The notes under the pieces: generated by a model
Databases searched by the model: none
What the model was told of the DNA's origin: nothing
Seen by the model: only the letters and a program-made list of their open reading frames with translations
Position numbers and translations under genes: made by a program
Shown here: piece after piece, positions 28,229 to 37,793 of the stretch
How positions within the stretch are numbered: the first letter of the stretch is position 1
How the letters are laid out: every line of letters begins with the position of its first letter
DNA from: an uncultured Acidobacteriota bacterium
GTDB lineage: Bacteria > Acidobacteriota > Vicinamibacteria > Fen-336
Direction of reading: 5' to 3'
DNA: 64,000 nucleotides
NCBI GenBank assembly: GCA_963720545.1
Contig: OY970399.1
Location: 3,584,001-3,648,000 of the forward strand

Positions 28229-30667
28229 GTGGGCGTCTCAGCCGCAACCATGCGTTTGTCTGGCGGACGGCCGCTGTCGACGGTGCTCGCCGTCGCGACG
28301 CTGGCGCTCGGTATCGGCAGCAGCGTCGCGCTCTTCGGCATCGTGGACGCGGTGCTGCTGCGGCCGTTCCCTTTCGCCGCTTCCGACCGGCTGGTGGCGG
28401 TGTGGGACGCGGCGCCAGCCGCCGGCATCGAGCGTTCGCGCGTCTCCGCCTTCAACTACCGGCGCTTCGTCGAGGAGGCCCATTCCTTCGATTCGATGGC
28501 GCTACTTGGCACCACCTCCGGTGCGGTGGTCGGCTTGGGCGAACCGTTCGAGGTCGATGGCATGCGCGTCACCTGCAACACCTTCGCGTTGCTCGGCGTT
28601 CCCGCGGCGCTCGGCCGCGGCCTGCTCAAAGGCGACTGCGAAGGCGCGGCACCGCGCGTCATGGTGCTGTCGTACGCGCTCTGGATAAAGCGCTTTTCGG
28701 GTTTGCCCGGCGTCGTCGGCAGCAACGTGTCGTTCGGCGGCGAGCCCATGACGGTGGTCGGCGTCCTGCCGCCGGTGCTGCTGCCGGCAGGGCTCGCCGG
28801 TGCCGGCCGCTTCATCTTCGACGACGACGCGGAGGACGTGTACGTGCCGCTTGCGCCGCTGCCGCAGAACCGCGGTCACGTGTTCGGCGTGCTCGGACGC
28901 CTGCGTAAGGACGTTGCGATCGCGGCAGCGCGCGCCGACCTCGGCAACATCGCCGACCGCCTCGCGGCCGCCGAGCCCGATTCGCACCGCAACGCCGCAG
29001 TGCGTGTCTTCCCGCTGGCCGACGAGATCGCCGGCAGCGCGCGCCGCAGCCTCGGCGCGCTCCTGGCCGCTGCGCTCGCGCTGCTCGCCGTCGCCTGCCT
29101 CAACGTCGCGCAGATCCAGCTCACCGCGGTCCTCGACCGGGAGCACGCGAGCGCGGTGCGCGCCTCGCTTGGGGCGAGCCCGCTGCAGGTGGCCAGGCCT
29201 TTCGTCGTGTCGGGCCTGGCGATCGCGGCAGCCGGCGGCGCGCTCGGCACCACCGCCGCGTTCGCCGCGCTGCGCCTGGCGTCGTCGTTCCTGCCGACCG
29301 ACCTGCCGCGGATCGGTGCCGCGGCAGTTGATGGGCGTGCGCTGGCGGTCGCTGTGGCACTGTCGCTCGGCGCCGGGTGCGCCGTCGGGCTGGTGGCCGC
29401 CTGGCGCGCCGCGCGCCGGGATCCCGTCGAATCGCTGCGCCAGGGCGCGCGCGCCGTTGTCCCCGGTGGCACCATCGGCGGGGTGCGCGGCATCCTGATG
29501 GCTGGTCAGGCGGCGTTGGCAGTCACGCTGCTCGCGAGCGCTGCCTTGCTCGGCGCCACCTTCGCGCGACTACGCCAGGTGGACACCGGATTCGATCGCG
29601 GCGAGGTACTGCTCGTCGGGCTGCGCCAGTCGCCGGCGCGCTACAACGAGCGCCACCAACTGGTCGAGTTCTACGACCGGCTCGAGCGCGAGGCAGGTGA
29701 CCTTCCTGGCGTTTTGGCGGTGGGTGCTTCGTACGATCCACCGCTGCGCTCCAACTGGTACCAGTCTTTCGAGGTGCTCGGCAGGGTCTTGTCCACTCCG
29801 GCCGCCGAGACGGGAGCGCTTTTCCGCACCGTCACCCCAGGATACTTTCGCGCCGCGGGCGTCGGCATCCTGGCGGGCCGCGGGTTCACGGACGCCGATG
29901 ACGTGGGAGCCCCCGGCGCCATCGTCGTCAACGACGCGTTTGCGCGCCAGTTTCTCGGTGCCGTTCCGGCGCTCGGACAGCAGGTCAGTCTGACCACGAC
30001 GCAGTGGCAGTGGGGCGATGTCCTGCCGCGGGTGTTCACCGTCGTTGGCATCGCCGAAAACGAGCGCATCGCGGGCATCGACGCCGAACCCGATCCTGCG
30101 TTCTACCTGCCGTACCGTCAGACGCCGCAGCACGAGATGAGCCTGCTGGTGCGCTCGAGCGGCGACGCCGCGGCGCTGCTGCCGGCGGTGACGCGCATCG
30201 TGCACGCGCTCGACCCGCAGCAGCCGGTAGCCGAGTCGGCAACCATCGCGCAGGTGGTCGACCGCGCCCTGTCGCGCCGGCGGCTCAACGCGATCCTGGC
30301 AGCCGGGTTTGCGCTCGCCGCGCTGGGCCTTGCCGCGCTCGGCGTTTCGGCAGCCCTCGCCGACACCATGGCGCGGCGGCGCCCCGAACTCGCCGTGCGG
30401 CTCGCGCTCGGCTCCTCGCCGAGGCGGCTCATCGCGTTTGCGCTCACGGAAGGCGTTCGGCCGGTGGCGGTGGGCGCCTGCGCCGGCGTCCTGGCGGCGC
30501 TCGGCGCGGGCCAGCTCGTGGCGAGCCAACTCTACGACGTGCGTCCCGCGAGCCTCGCCGTGCACCTCGGCGCACCTGCCGCGGTCCTCGCCGTTGCGAT
30601 CCTCGCCTGCCTCGGACCCGCCTGGCGCGCGTCGCGCGTCGATCCCGCGGAAGCGCTGCGGCGTTAG
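28229..30667 (+). CDS. ADOP-type duplicated ABC transporter permease (divergent)
   Basis: LALGIG, LLAVACLNVA, ELAVRLALG, RASRVDPAEALR. Confidence 0.85.
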   Translation: MGVSAATMRLSGGRPLSTVLAVATLALGIGSSVALFGIVDAVLLRPFPFAASDRLVAVWDAAPAAGIERSRVSAFNYRRFVEEAHSFDSMALLGTTSGAVVGLGEPFEVDGMRVTCNTFALLGVPAALGRGLLKGDCEGAAPRVMVLSYALWIKRFSGLPGVVGSNVSFGGEPMTVVGVLPPVLLPAGLAGAGRFIFDDDAEDVYVPLAPLPQNRGHVFGVLGRLRKDVAIAAARADLGNIADRLAAAEPDSHRNAAVRVFPLADEIAGSARRSLGALLAAALALLAVACLNVAQIQLTAVLDREHASAVRASLGASPLQVARPFVVSGLAIAAAGGALGTTAAFAALRLASSFLPTDLPRIGAAAVDGRALAVAVALSLGAGCAVGLVAAWRAARRDPVESLRQGARAVVPGGTIGGVRGILMAGQAALAVTLLASAALLGATFARLRQVDTGFDRGEVLLVGLRQSPARYNERHQLVEFYDRLEREAGDLPGVLAVGASYDPPLRSNWYQSFEVLGRVLSTPAAETGALFRTVTPGYFRAAGVGILAGRGFTDADDVGAPGAIVVNDAFARQFLGAVPALGQQVSLTTTQWQWGDVLPRVFTVVGIAENERIAGIDAEPDPAFYLPYRQTPQHEMSLLVRSSGDAAALLPAVTRIVHALDPQQPVAESATIAQVVDRALSRRRLNAILAAGFALAALGLAALGVSAALADTMARRRPELAVRLALGSSPRRLIAFALTEGVRPVAVGACAGVLAALGAGQLVASQLYDVRPASLAVHLGAPAAVLAVAILACLGPAWRASRVDPAEALRR

Positions 30668-30707
30668 ACTCGCCGCACGATTTCTTCGCCAGAAAGAGGA
30701 GGAGCGC

Positions 30708-31775
30708 ATGGGCCGCATCGCGTGGGCCGTTGCCTTGGTCGTCTCCGGGTCACTCGCCGCCACCGCATCCGCCGCCGCCGACGGACCGCTCACGGTCGGC
30801 AGCGTCACCGCCGCGCCGGGTGAGAAGAAGACCGGCGTCATCGAGGTGCCCGCCGGCTCGGACGCCGGCACCAGCATTCCGATCACCGTCGTGAACGGCG
30901 CGCAGCCGGGGCCGGTGCTGGCGCTCTTCGCGGGCACGCACGGCTACGAGTACACCTCGATCATGGCGCTGCCTAAGGTCGCGGCGCAGCTCGATCCGGC
31001 GAAGATGAAGGGCGCCGTTATCCTGGTGCACATGGTGTCGCCGGTGACCTTCTACGGCCGCCTGATCTACCGCGGTCCCGACGGCAAGAACCAGAACCGC
31101 GTCTATCCGGGCGACAAGGCCGGCACGATCAGCGACCGCATCGCCGAGCGGCTGACGGCCGAGGTGATCGACAAGGCAACCCACGTTGTCGACATGCACT
31201 GCGGCGACGGCAACGAATCCCTGCGGCCCTATTCGTATTGGGCGGTCATCGGCGATCCCAAGCTCGACGAAGCCACGCGCCAGATGAACATCGCCTTCGG
31301 CCTGCCCTACATCGTGGTGACCCGCGACCGCACCAAGGATCCGGCGAAGAGCCTCTACACCGACAACACCGCGCTGATGCGCGGCAAGCCCGCGATGACC
31401 GCGGAATCGGGCGGCATGGGGCTGACCGACGAGCAGTCGGTCGCGGCGCAGGTTGCGGGCGCCCTCAGCGTGGCCGCGCACCTTGGCATCCAGGCCGGTC
31501 CCTCGGCGCGCACCGGCAAGCCGATGTGGATCGACAAGTCCGAGATCGTGACGGCGCCGGTCACCGGCGTGTTCGTCGCGGCGGTAGAGAAGGCGAAGCC
31601 GGTGGCGGCCGGCGCGATCCTCGGCCGCATCTACGATCCCTACGGCTCGCTGCTCGCGGAGGTGAAGGCGCCGTTCGCCGGCGAAGTGCTCTACGTCATC
31701 GGCACCCCGCCGCTCAGCAAGGGCGAGCCGGTCGCCTACATCGGCGAAGTGAGCGCGACCGAACCAAAGCCGTAG
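30708..31775 (+). CDS. Succinylglutamate desuccinylase/aspartoacylase (M14-like) secreted hydrolase
   Basis: Signal peptide; AGTHGYE, NRVYPG, DMHCG; C-terminal biotinyl-like fold. Confidence 0.85.
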   Translation: MGRIAWAVALVVSGSLAATASAAADGPLTVGSVTAAPGEKKTGVIEVPAGSDAGTSIPITVVNGAQPGPVLALFAGTHGYEYTSIMALPKVAAQLDPAKMKGAVILVHMVSPVTFYGRLIYRGPDGKNQNRVYPGDKAGTISDRIAERLTAEVIDKATHVVDMHCGDGNESLRPYSYWAVIGDPKLDEATRQMNIAFGLPYIVVTRDRTKDPAKSLYTDNTALMRGKPAMTAESGGMGLTDEQSVAAQVAGALSVAAHLGIQAGPSARTGKPMWIDKSEIVTAPVTGVFVAAVEKAKPVAAGAILGRIYDPYGSLLAEVKAPFAGEVLYVIGTPPLSKGEPVAYIGEVSATEPKP

Positions 31776-31821
31776 CCAGCCCTTCGCTCACGAGTCCCGC
31801 ATTGCTGGGACAATAGGAAGG

Positions 31822-32679
31822 ATGACAACGAGCTCGTGCCTTCTGTTGGCAGTCGCCCTGGCACTGGGTGAAGCCGCGTGCGGCCGTTCCACCGAGCGCC
31901 GCTATCCGTTGATGGGCGTCGTCCAGGAGCTGCAGCCGGAAACGGGCAAGGTAGTGGTGAGCCACGGCGACATCCCGGGCTTCATGCCGGCGATGATCAT
32001 GCCTTTCACGGTCGCGGGAGGCGCCAGCGACCTGCGTCCGGGCGACCTGATCGAGGCAGTCCTGGTCGTGCGCGACACCGATAGCAAGCTCGAGCACGTG
32101 GTGGTGAAACAACGCGGGCTTGCCGTCGCGGCGCCGCAGCACGCCGGGCCGCCGGCGCAAATCGGCGCGCCGGTGCCCGACTTTTCGCTCACCAACCAGG
32201 ACGGCGGCAGGATATCGATGAAGCAATACCGCGGCCGGGCGCTGGCCGTGACCTTCGTCTATACGCGCTGTCCGATCCCGGAGTTCTGCCCGTACCTGAT
32301 GCGCGCGTTCAGCCAGCTCGAGGCCGCCATTGCGACGGACCCGCAGCTCTGGAAGAACACGCACCTGCTCACGGTCAGCTTCGACCCGGAGCACGACACG
32401 CCCGAGGTGCTGCGCCGCTACGCGGAGCCGTTCGTGCGGGCGCGCGGCGCCAACCGCTTCGCGCACTGGGAGCTCGCCACCGGCACGAAGCAGCAGGTGA
32501 AGGACGTGGCGGAGTTCTTCGGCCTCTCGTACTGGGGCGAGGGCAAGGACATCGCCCATTCGCTCAGAACCGGTATCGTTGGGCCCGGCGGCACCTTGCT
32601 GAAAGTCTACGAAGACAACGACTGGACGACGGACGACGCGCTCGCCTCGCTGCGCGAAGCCGTGGAGGAACGAAAGTGA
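31822..32679 (+). CDS. SCO family protein with N-terminal CusF-like copper-binding domain (probable lipoprotein)
   Basis: Lipobox-like EAAC; HGDIPGFMPAMIMPF; YTRCPIPEFC; SFDPEHD; AHS. Confidence 0.88.
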   Translation: MTTSSCLLLAVALALGEAACGRSTERRYPLMGVVQELQPETGKVVVSHGDIPGFMPAMIMPFTVAGGASDLRPGDLIEAVLVVRDTDSKLEHVVVKQRGLAVAAPQHAGPPAQIGAPVPDFSLTNQDGGRISMKQYRGRALAVTFVYTRCPIPEFCPYLMRAFSQLEAAIATDPQLWKNTHLLTVSFDPEHDTPEVLRRYAEPFVRARGANRFAHWELATGTKQQVKDVAEFFGLSYWGEGKDIAHSLRTGIVGPGGTLLKVYEDNDWTTDDALASLREAVEERK

Positions 32680-32981
32680 CGGCGTATCTCATCATCGAAA
32701 TCGTCGACGTCAAGGATCCCGACACCTACGCGGCATATCGCGACAAGGCGCCCGCGGAGGTGAAGGCGGGCGGCGGAACCTACCTCGTGCGCGGCGGCGA
32801 CCCTGAAGTGCTCGAGGGCGACTGGAAGCCGAGCCGCGTGGTGATCCTGCGCTTCAAGGACCGTCAGAGCGCCAAGACCTGGTGGGCCTCGGACTCGTAC
32901 CATCCGGTGAAGGCGCTGCGCACCGGCGCCACCCACAGCCGCATGGTGCTCGTGGACGGCACCGAAGGCGTGCCGGTCTAG
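32676..32981 (+). CDS. DUF1330 family protein
   Basis: AYLI..GGTYLVRGG..LEGDW..VILRF..W.S.SY. Confidence 0.85.
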   Translation: MTAYLIIEIVDVKDPDTYAAYRDKAPAEVKAGGGTYLVRGGDPEVLEGDWKPSRVVILRFKDRQSAKTWWASDSYHPVKALRTGATHSRMVLVDGTEGVPV

Positions 32982-33580
32982 CCGCAGTTCAGGCTGCGCG
33001 GCCCGCTGACGTGGGCGTTGCCGCGCTCGAAGAAGCGCAGCACCGCGTTCGCGTTGCGGGTGATGCCGACGCGCGTGCTGCGGCCGATGTCGCAGCGGTC
33101 GACGCTGGCGGTGGCGAGCCATAGTTCGCCCGGCGCGCACAAGTCGACGCCGTCGAGGCGCAGGTCCACATCGAGCGCCTGCGCGAGGCGTCCCGGCCCG
33201 CGGGTCAGGTCGCGCAGCTTCGTAACGCCGCGCGCCTTGCGCATCTGCTCGATGCCCGCCACCGGATCGAGCGCCCGAATCAGCACGCCCGCGCCGACGC
33301 CGGGGGTCTCGCTCGAGACGTTCAGCATCATCGCCGAGCCATAGGCGAAATAAACGTAGGCGTGACCGCGCTTCAGGAACAGCGTGCGGTTGCGCCGCGT
33401 CGGGCCGATGAACGAGTGCGCCGCGGGGTCGCCAACCGGGTACGCCTCGGTCTCGACGATGCGCCCGATGCGGCGCACGGCTCCAGTCTGGCGCACGACG
33501 TACTTGCCAAGCAGGTAGAGCGCCAGCGCAACGGTGTCCGTCGGCAATTCCGGGCGCCGCAGCCGGCGCAGCTTCGGCAT
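32978..33580 (-). CDS. mpg: DNA-3-methyladenine glycosylase (MPG/AAG family)
   Basis: RIVETEAY, AYVYFAYG, VLIRAL, GPGRL, RVGI. Confidence 0.9.
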   Translation of the reverse strand: MPKLRRLRRPELPTDTVALALYLLGKYVVRQTGAVRRIGRIVETEAYPVGDPAAHSFIGPTRRNRTLFLKRGHAYVYFAYGSAMMLNVSSETPGVGAGVLIRALDPVAGIEQMRKARGVTKLRDLTRGPGRLAQALDVDLRLDGVDLCAPGELWLATASVDRCDIGRSTRVGITRNANAVLRFFERGNAHVSGPRSLNCG

Positions 33581-33611
33581 GAGCCGAGCCTACCGCACGC
33601 CGCCGCGCGCG

Positions 33612-36263
33612 CTATTCGGCGTGCAGGGCCACCGTCGGATCGACCGATGCCGCGCGATGCGCGGGGACGTAGCTCGCGACGACTGCGAGGACCGCAACCG
33701 TCGTCGCGACCGCACCGAGGGTGGCGGCGTCGAACGCCGAGGTCTCGAACAGCAGCTGCCGCAACGGCACCGCGAGTGCCAGCGCGCCGGCAAGGCCGAG
33801 CGCCACGCCCAGTGCCGCCAGACGCACCGCTTCGGCGAGCACCAGGCGATAGACGCCGGCGCGCGAGGCGCCGAGAGCCATGCGCAGGCCGATCTCGCGG
33901 AAGCGCTGGCTCACCGAGTAGGCGACGAGGCCGTACAGGCCGACGATGCTGAGCAGCAGCGCCACCGCCGCGAATCCGCCGATAAGGAAGCTGGCCGAGC
34001 GGCGCAGGTAGGTAGCCGGCGAATCGTCGATGCGGTCGGCCATGGTGCGCTCGTCGTAGACGCCGAGGTTCGGGTCGAGGCCGCGGATTGCAGCGATCAT
34101 CGCCGGCAGCGCGGCCGCGGGGGCTTGCGCCGTGCGCACCACCACCGAGAAGTACGAGTCGGGAGTCTGGTTGTAGGGATAGTAGACCGTCGGCCACGTG
34201 GGTGAATCGAGGTCGGCCTCACGCACGTCGTCAACGATGCCGACGATCTCCTGGATGGTGTCCTTCGCCAGGTCGGTGTTGCCGAACTGCTTGCCGATCG
34301 GGTCCTCGCCGGGAAAGTAGGTATTCGCCAGGCTCTTGTTGATCACCACCACGCCGCGCTTCGTGGCGTCCTCATCATCCTTGAAATACCGGCCGGCGAT
34401 GAGGCGCGCGGACAGCGTCTTGAGGTAGGAAGCGCTCACCATCCGCTGGTTCACTTCATTGTGCTCGCCGTTGTAGGGCCGGCCGACGAAGCGGATCCAC
34501 ATGGTGTTGCCGTTGTACGTGATCGGCAGCTGCGTCGTGAAGCCCACGCCTGCCACTCCGGGCAGCGCCTCGAGCCGCCCGTGCAGTTCGCGCGCCATCG
34601 CCACGATCTCCGGATCCGTCTTGTAGCGTGTGATCGGCACGGCCACGTCCACGGTCGCGAGGCCGCGCGCGTCGAACCCGATGTCCACTTCGAGCAGCCG
34701 ATCGAGGCTCTTGCCAAGCAGCCCCGCGCCCACCAGCAGCACCACCGCGACCGCCAGCTCCACGACCACCAGGTTCGCGGCAAAGCGCCGCCAAACCGTT
34801 CCCGACTGGGTGCGCGAGCCCGCGGCAAGGCCGCCGTGCATTTCGCCAAGTTGCGCCCGCAGCACCGGCGCCAGACCGAAGAGGAGCGCCGCCGCGGCCG
34901 CAACTGCCGCCATGAACCAGAGGACGTGGCTGTTCAGCGCAAGGTCGCGAAGGAAGGGCATGTTTGCCGCCATGGTGGCGGGGATGAGGCTGCGCAGCAG
35001 GCGCATCGCGCCGGCGGCGAGGCCGACGCCGAGGAGCGTGCCGCCGATGACGAGCACTGAGCCCTCGGCGAGGAACTGGCGCACCAACCGCCCGCGGTCG
35101 GCGCCGAGCGCGCGGCGCACGGAGATTTCGGGCCGGCGGCGCTCCGCGCGCACCAGCAGGAGGCTCGCGACGTTGACCGTGGCGATGACCAGCAGCAGCG
35201 ACGCGCCGCCAAGCAGCAGGAGCAGGATCGGGCGGATCCTGCCGTTGATCGCCTCGGTGAGCGGGATGACGCTCGCACCCTGGCCCCGGTTCGAGTCGGG
35301 ATACTGCTGTTCGAGCGCGCTCGCGATCGTGCGCATGTCGGCGTCGGCCGCCGCCACGCTCACGCCGCTTCGCAGGCGGGCCACGCCGTCGAGGTTGTGA
35401 CAGCTGCGGCGCTGCTCGCAAGATGACGTACCGCGCACCAGGGTCCAGAATTCGGCCCGCGCAGTGGGCCCGAAGTGGAAGGACGCGGGCAGCACGCCGA
35501 CGACGGTATGCGGCACGTCGCTGAGCGCGACGGTGCGGCCGACGATCCCGGGGTCGCCGCCGAAGCGCCGCAGCCAGGTGCCGTGGCTGAGGAGCGCAAT
35601 GCGCGCACCCTCCGGCGCGTCCTCACCGGGAAGGAAGTCGCGGCCGAGTGCAGGGGCCACGCCGAGCGCGCGAAAGAAACCCGCGGTGACGCGCGCGGCG
35701 GGCACGGGCTCGGTGCCGGAAGGCCCGGGCATGAGGTGCGAAGTGCTCGTGTAGAGCTCGAGCGATTCGACGGTGCGCGTCATGCGCTTCCAGTCGAGAT
35801 AGTCGGCGAAGGACAGGGGCGTGCGCGGGCTCAACTCGCCGGCCGACTCGGTGATGCTGACGAGCCGCGCCGGGTCGCGGTAGGGAAGGGGCTGGATGAG
35901 GGCCGCGTCGACGAAGGCGAAGAGCGCGGCGCTGGCGCCGATGCCAAGGCCCAGGACGCAGATGGCCGTGAGCGTGAAGCCGGGATTCCTGGCGAGTTGG
36001 CGCAGCGCGAAGCGCATATCCTGCGCCGCATGCTCGACAATCGGTACCCCGGCCTGGTCGCGATACGCCTCCTTCGCCGATTCCACACCGCCAAGCTTCA
36101 CCAGCGCGGCGCGGCGCGCCTCCTCGGCACCGAGGCCAGCGCGCAGGTTGGCGTCGACCTGGAGCTGCATGTGGCTCTCGAACTCATCGGCAAGCTCCCG
36201 TTCGCGGCGTGTCCGTCGCAGCAGGCCGAGCGCGCGTGCCAGCAAACCTCGCAAGGCGCTCAC
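33612..36263 (-). CDS. ADOP-type ABC permease with N-terminal permease-prefix domain
   Basis: GTGA overlap with padR; ELADEFESH..EARRAA, QDMRFALRQL..PGF, EIGLRMALGA. Confidence 0.9.
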   Translation of the reverse strand: MSALRGLLARALGLLRRTRRERELADEFESHMQLQVDANLRAGLGAEEARRAALVKLGGVESAKEAYRDQAGVPIVEHAAQDMRFALRQLARNPGFTLTAICVLGLGIGASAALFAFVDAALIQPLPYRDPARLVSITESAGELSPRTPLSFADYLDWKRMTRTVESLELYTSTSHLMPGPSGTEPVPAARVTAGFFRALGVAPALGRDFLPGEDAPEGARIALLSHGTWLRRFGGDPGIVGRTVALSDVPHTVVGVLPASFHFGPTARAEFWTLVRGTSSCEQRRSCHNLDGVARLRSGVSVAAADADMRTIASALEQQYPDSNRGQGASVIPLTEAINGRIRPILLLLLGGASLLLVIATVNVASLLLVRAERRRPEISVRRALGADRGRLVRQFLAEGSVLVIGGTLLGVGLAAGAMRLLRSLIPATMAANMPFLRDLALNSHVLWFMAAVAAAAALLFGLAPVLRAQLGEMHGGLAAGSRTQSGTVWRRFAANLVVVELAVAVVLLVGAGLLGKSLDRLLEVDIGFDARGLATVDVAVPITRYKTDPEIVAMARELHGRLEALPGVAGVGFTTQLPITYNGNTMWIRFVGRPYNGEHNEVNQRMVSASYLKTLSARLIAGRYFKDDEDATKRGVVVINKSLANTYFPGEDPIGKQFGNTDLAKDTIQEIVGIVDDVREADLDSPTWPTVYYPYNQTPDSYFSVVVRTAQAPAAALPAMIAAIRGLDPNLGVYDERTMADRIDDSPATYLRRSASFLIGGFAAVALLLSIVGLYGLVAYSVSQRFREIGLRMALGASRAGVYRLVLAEAVRLAALGVALGLAGALALAVPLRQLLFETSAFDAATLGAVATTVAVLAVVASYVPAHRAASVDPTVALHAE

Positions 36264-36610
36264 GCTTTCTCTCCGGACGGCGTCAGGAACCGCGCGAGAA
36301 TCGCGTTCGCCTGCTCCCAGCTGCTCTCCTCGCGGCTCAGCTGCCGCCTGCCGGCACGAGTGATCCTGTAGAACTTCGCCTTGCGATTGTTTTCCGAGAC
36401 GCCCCATTCGGAGCTGACCGAGCCCTCCTGCTCGAGCTTCAGCAGCGCCGGATAGAGCGTGCCGTAGTTGAGCGCCAAAAGGTCGCCGCTCGTCTGCTCG
36501 ATGCGCCGCGCGATGCCGTAGCCGTGCAGCGGTCCCAGCGTCGCCAGCGTCTTCAGCACCATCAACGCCAGCGTTCCCTGCCAGACGTCGGTCTTGTCGC
36601 CCATCGTCAT
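36260..36610 (-). CDS. PadR family transcriptional regulator (acidobacterial type)
   Basis: QGTL.LMVLK, HGYGIARRIEQ, GTLYPAL, WGVSENNRKAKFY. Confidence 0.92.
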   Translation of the reverse strand: MTMGDKTDVWQGTLALMVLKTLATLGPLHGYGIARRIEQTSGDLLALNYGTLYPALLKLEQEGSVSSEWGVSENNRKAKFYRITRAGRRQLSREESSWEQANAILARFLTPSGEKA

Positions 36611-36611
36611 C

Positions 36612-36666
36612 TCCTATGGCTTGGCCAGAGGAAATGCTAGCGCCGCCACCTATGGGAAAGCAATAG
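36612..36666 (-). promoter_or_regulatory. padR promoter with two imperfect dyads (candidate PadR operators)
   Basis: TCCTATGGC-TTG-GCCAGAGGA (36612-36632) and CCTATGGGAAAGCAATAG (36649-36666) flank a minus-strand TAGCAT. Confidence 0.5.
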
Positions 36667-36744
36667 TTCCGCGCCGCATCGGCGTCATCAGCGCGAGTTC
36701 AAGGAGGCGAACACAAGGCAGGCAAGCTGGCGCCGTGGAATGCT

Positions 36745-37206
36745 CTAGCGGCGCAAGCCGCGCGGCACGAACGGCGAAGGATCACCGGCTTCCACCAGGC
36801 CGTCGAGCGCATCGAGAAGCGCGGCGCGTGCACCCGAAGGTGTGCGCGCCAGAACTTCGTCCCAATGCGCCAGCACGACGCGCAGACGTTCGCGCGCTCG
36901 CGCCAGTGTTTCGAGACGCTCGTCCAACGCTTCGAGCTTGCGCCCGCCGAGGGCGCGGACGTCGCGGCAAGGGATGCCGCCCTGGTCGCGAACCCTCAGA
37001 ATCTGAGCGAGCTCCGCAAGCGTGAAGCCGATCGCAACCGCCTGCCGAACCAGCCGGACACGCTGGCGAGCGTCCTCGCTGTACTCCCGATAGCCATTGG
37101 CGGAGCGGCGCGCCTTCGGCAGCAGCCCCTTCTTTTCATAGAGGCGCAGGGTGTCAGTGCTCACCCGGCACTGTCGCGCGAGTTCGGCGGGGCGGAGCGT
37201 ATTCAG
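36745..37206 (-). CDS. MerR family heavy-metal-responsive regulator (probable CTG start)
   Basis: LRPAELARQCRVSTDTLRLYEKKGLL..R.ANGYR.Y, GFTLAEL, PC; first HTH helix lies upstream of the listed GTG at 37164. Confidence 0.85.
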   Translation of the reverse strand: MNTLRPAELARQCRVSTDTLRLYEKKGLLPKARRSANGYREYSEDARQRVRLVRQAVAIGFTLAELAQILRVRDQGGIPCRDVRALGGRKLEALDERLETLARARERLRVVLAHWDEVLARTPSGARAALLDALDGLVEAGDPSPFVPRGLRR

Positions 37207-37709
37207 CGACGCGGATCCCCCGTGCCGTGGTCGTCCACCTGGAACTGCAGGAACTCGTGCACTGCGCCAAGCGCCACCGGGTCGGTGGTGGATATGGTGA
37301 CGACGCCGCCGCGCGCCGTGCTCGAGTACACGTACTTGATGGCGGATGCGCGTTCCTGCATGACCGGAACGCCTGGAGGAGTCTTTTGGTGGATGGCAAC
37401 GGGCATCGCGAAGTCCCCGACCGCAAAGGCTTTTGCTATCGCCTGCAGGTGTACACGGATGCGCTCGATGTCGCTATCAGACGCCGAACTCTTCATCTCG
37501 AGCCGAATCGAGCCACCGTCAGGCGCAGTCAGGAAATGGTGTTCCGCCGCCTCGGCAGGAATTCCGGTCACTCCCGAGTGACGGTGCTCGACCTGCGCCT
37601 GGTGCATGGGGCAGTCCGCATGCTCCTGCGCGGGCGCCACAGCGGCAGCTCCCACGAATACGACGCTGGCAACACAGGTTCGCAACGTCACCGACATAGT
37701 TTGTCTCAT
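37203..37709 (-). CDS. Secreted His-rich hypothetical protein, possible metal-binding
   Basis: Signal peptide, EHADCPMH, HHF..DGG, IH, HEFL.FQ..DH. Confidence 0.7.
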   Translation of the reverse strand: MRQTMSVTLRTCVASVVFVGAAAVAPAQEHADCPMHQAQVEHRHSGVTGIPAEAAEHHFLTAPDGGSIRLEMKSSASDSDIERIRVHLQAIAKAFAVGDFAMPVAIHQKTPPGVPVMQERASAIKYVYSSTARGGVVTISTTDPVALGAVHEFLQFQVDDHGTGDPRR

Positions 37710-37715
37710 GTTCGG

Positions 37716-37747
37716 AGTGTAGGGGCTGGAACACGCTCGGACGTCAA
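37716..37747 (-). promoter_or_regulatory. MerR-type long-spacer sigma70 promoter
   Basis: TTGACG-N20-TACACT, 6 nt before ATG 37709. Confidence 0.7.
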
Positions 37748-37793
37748 GTGAAAATGTGCTTCGCAGTGCAATGCCGGTGTACTGTAGGTCGAA

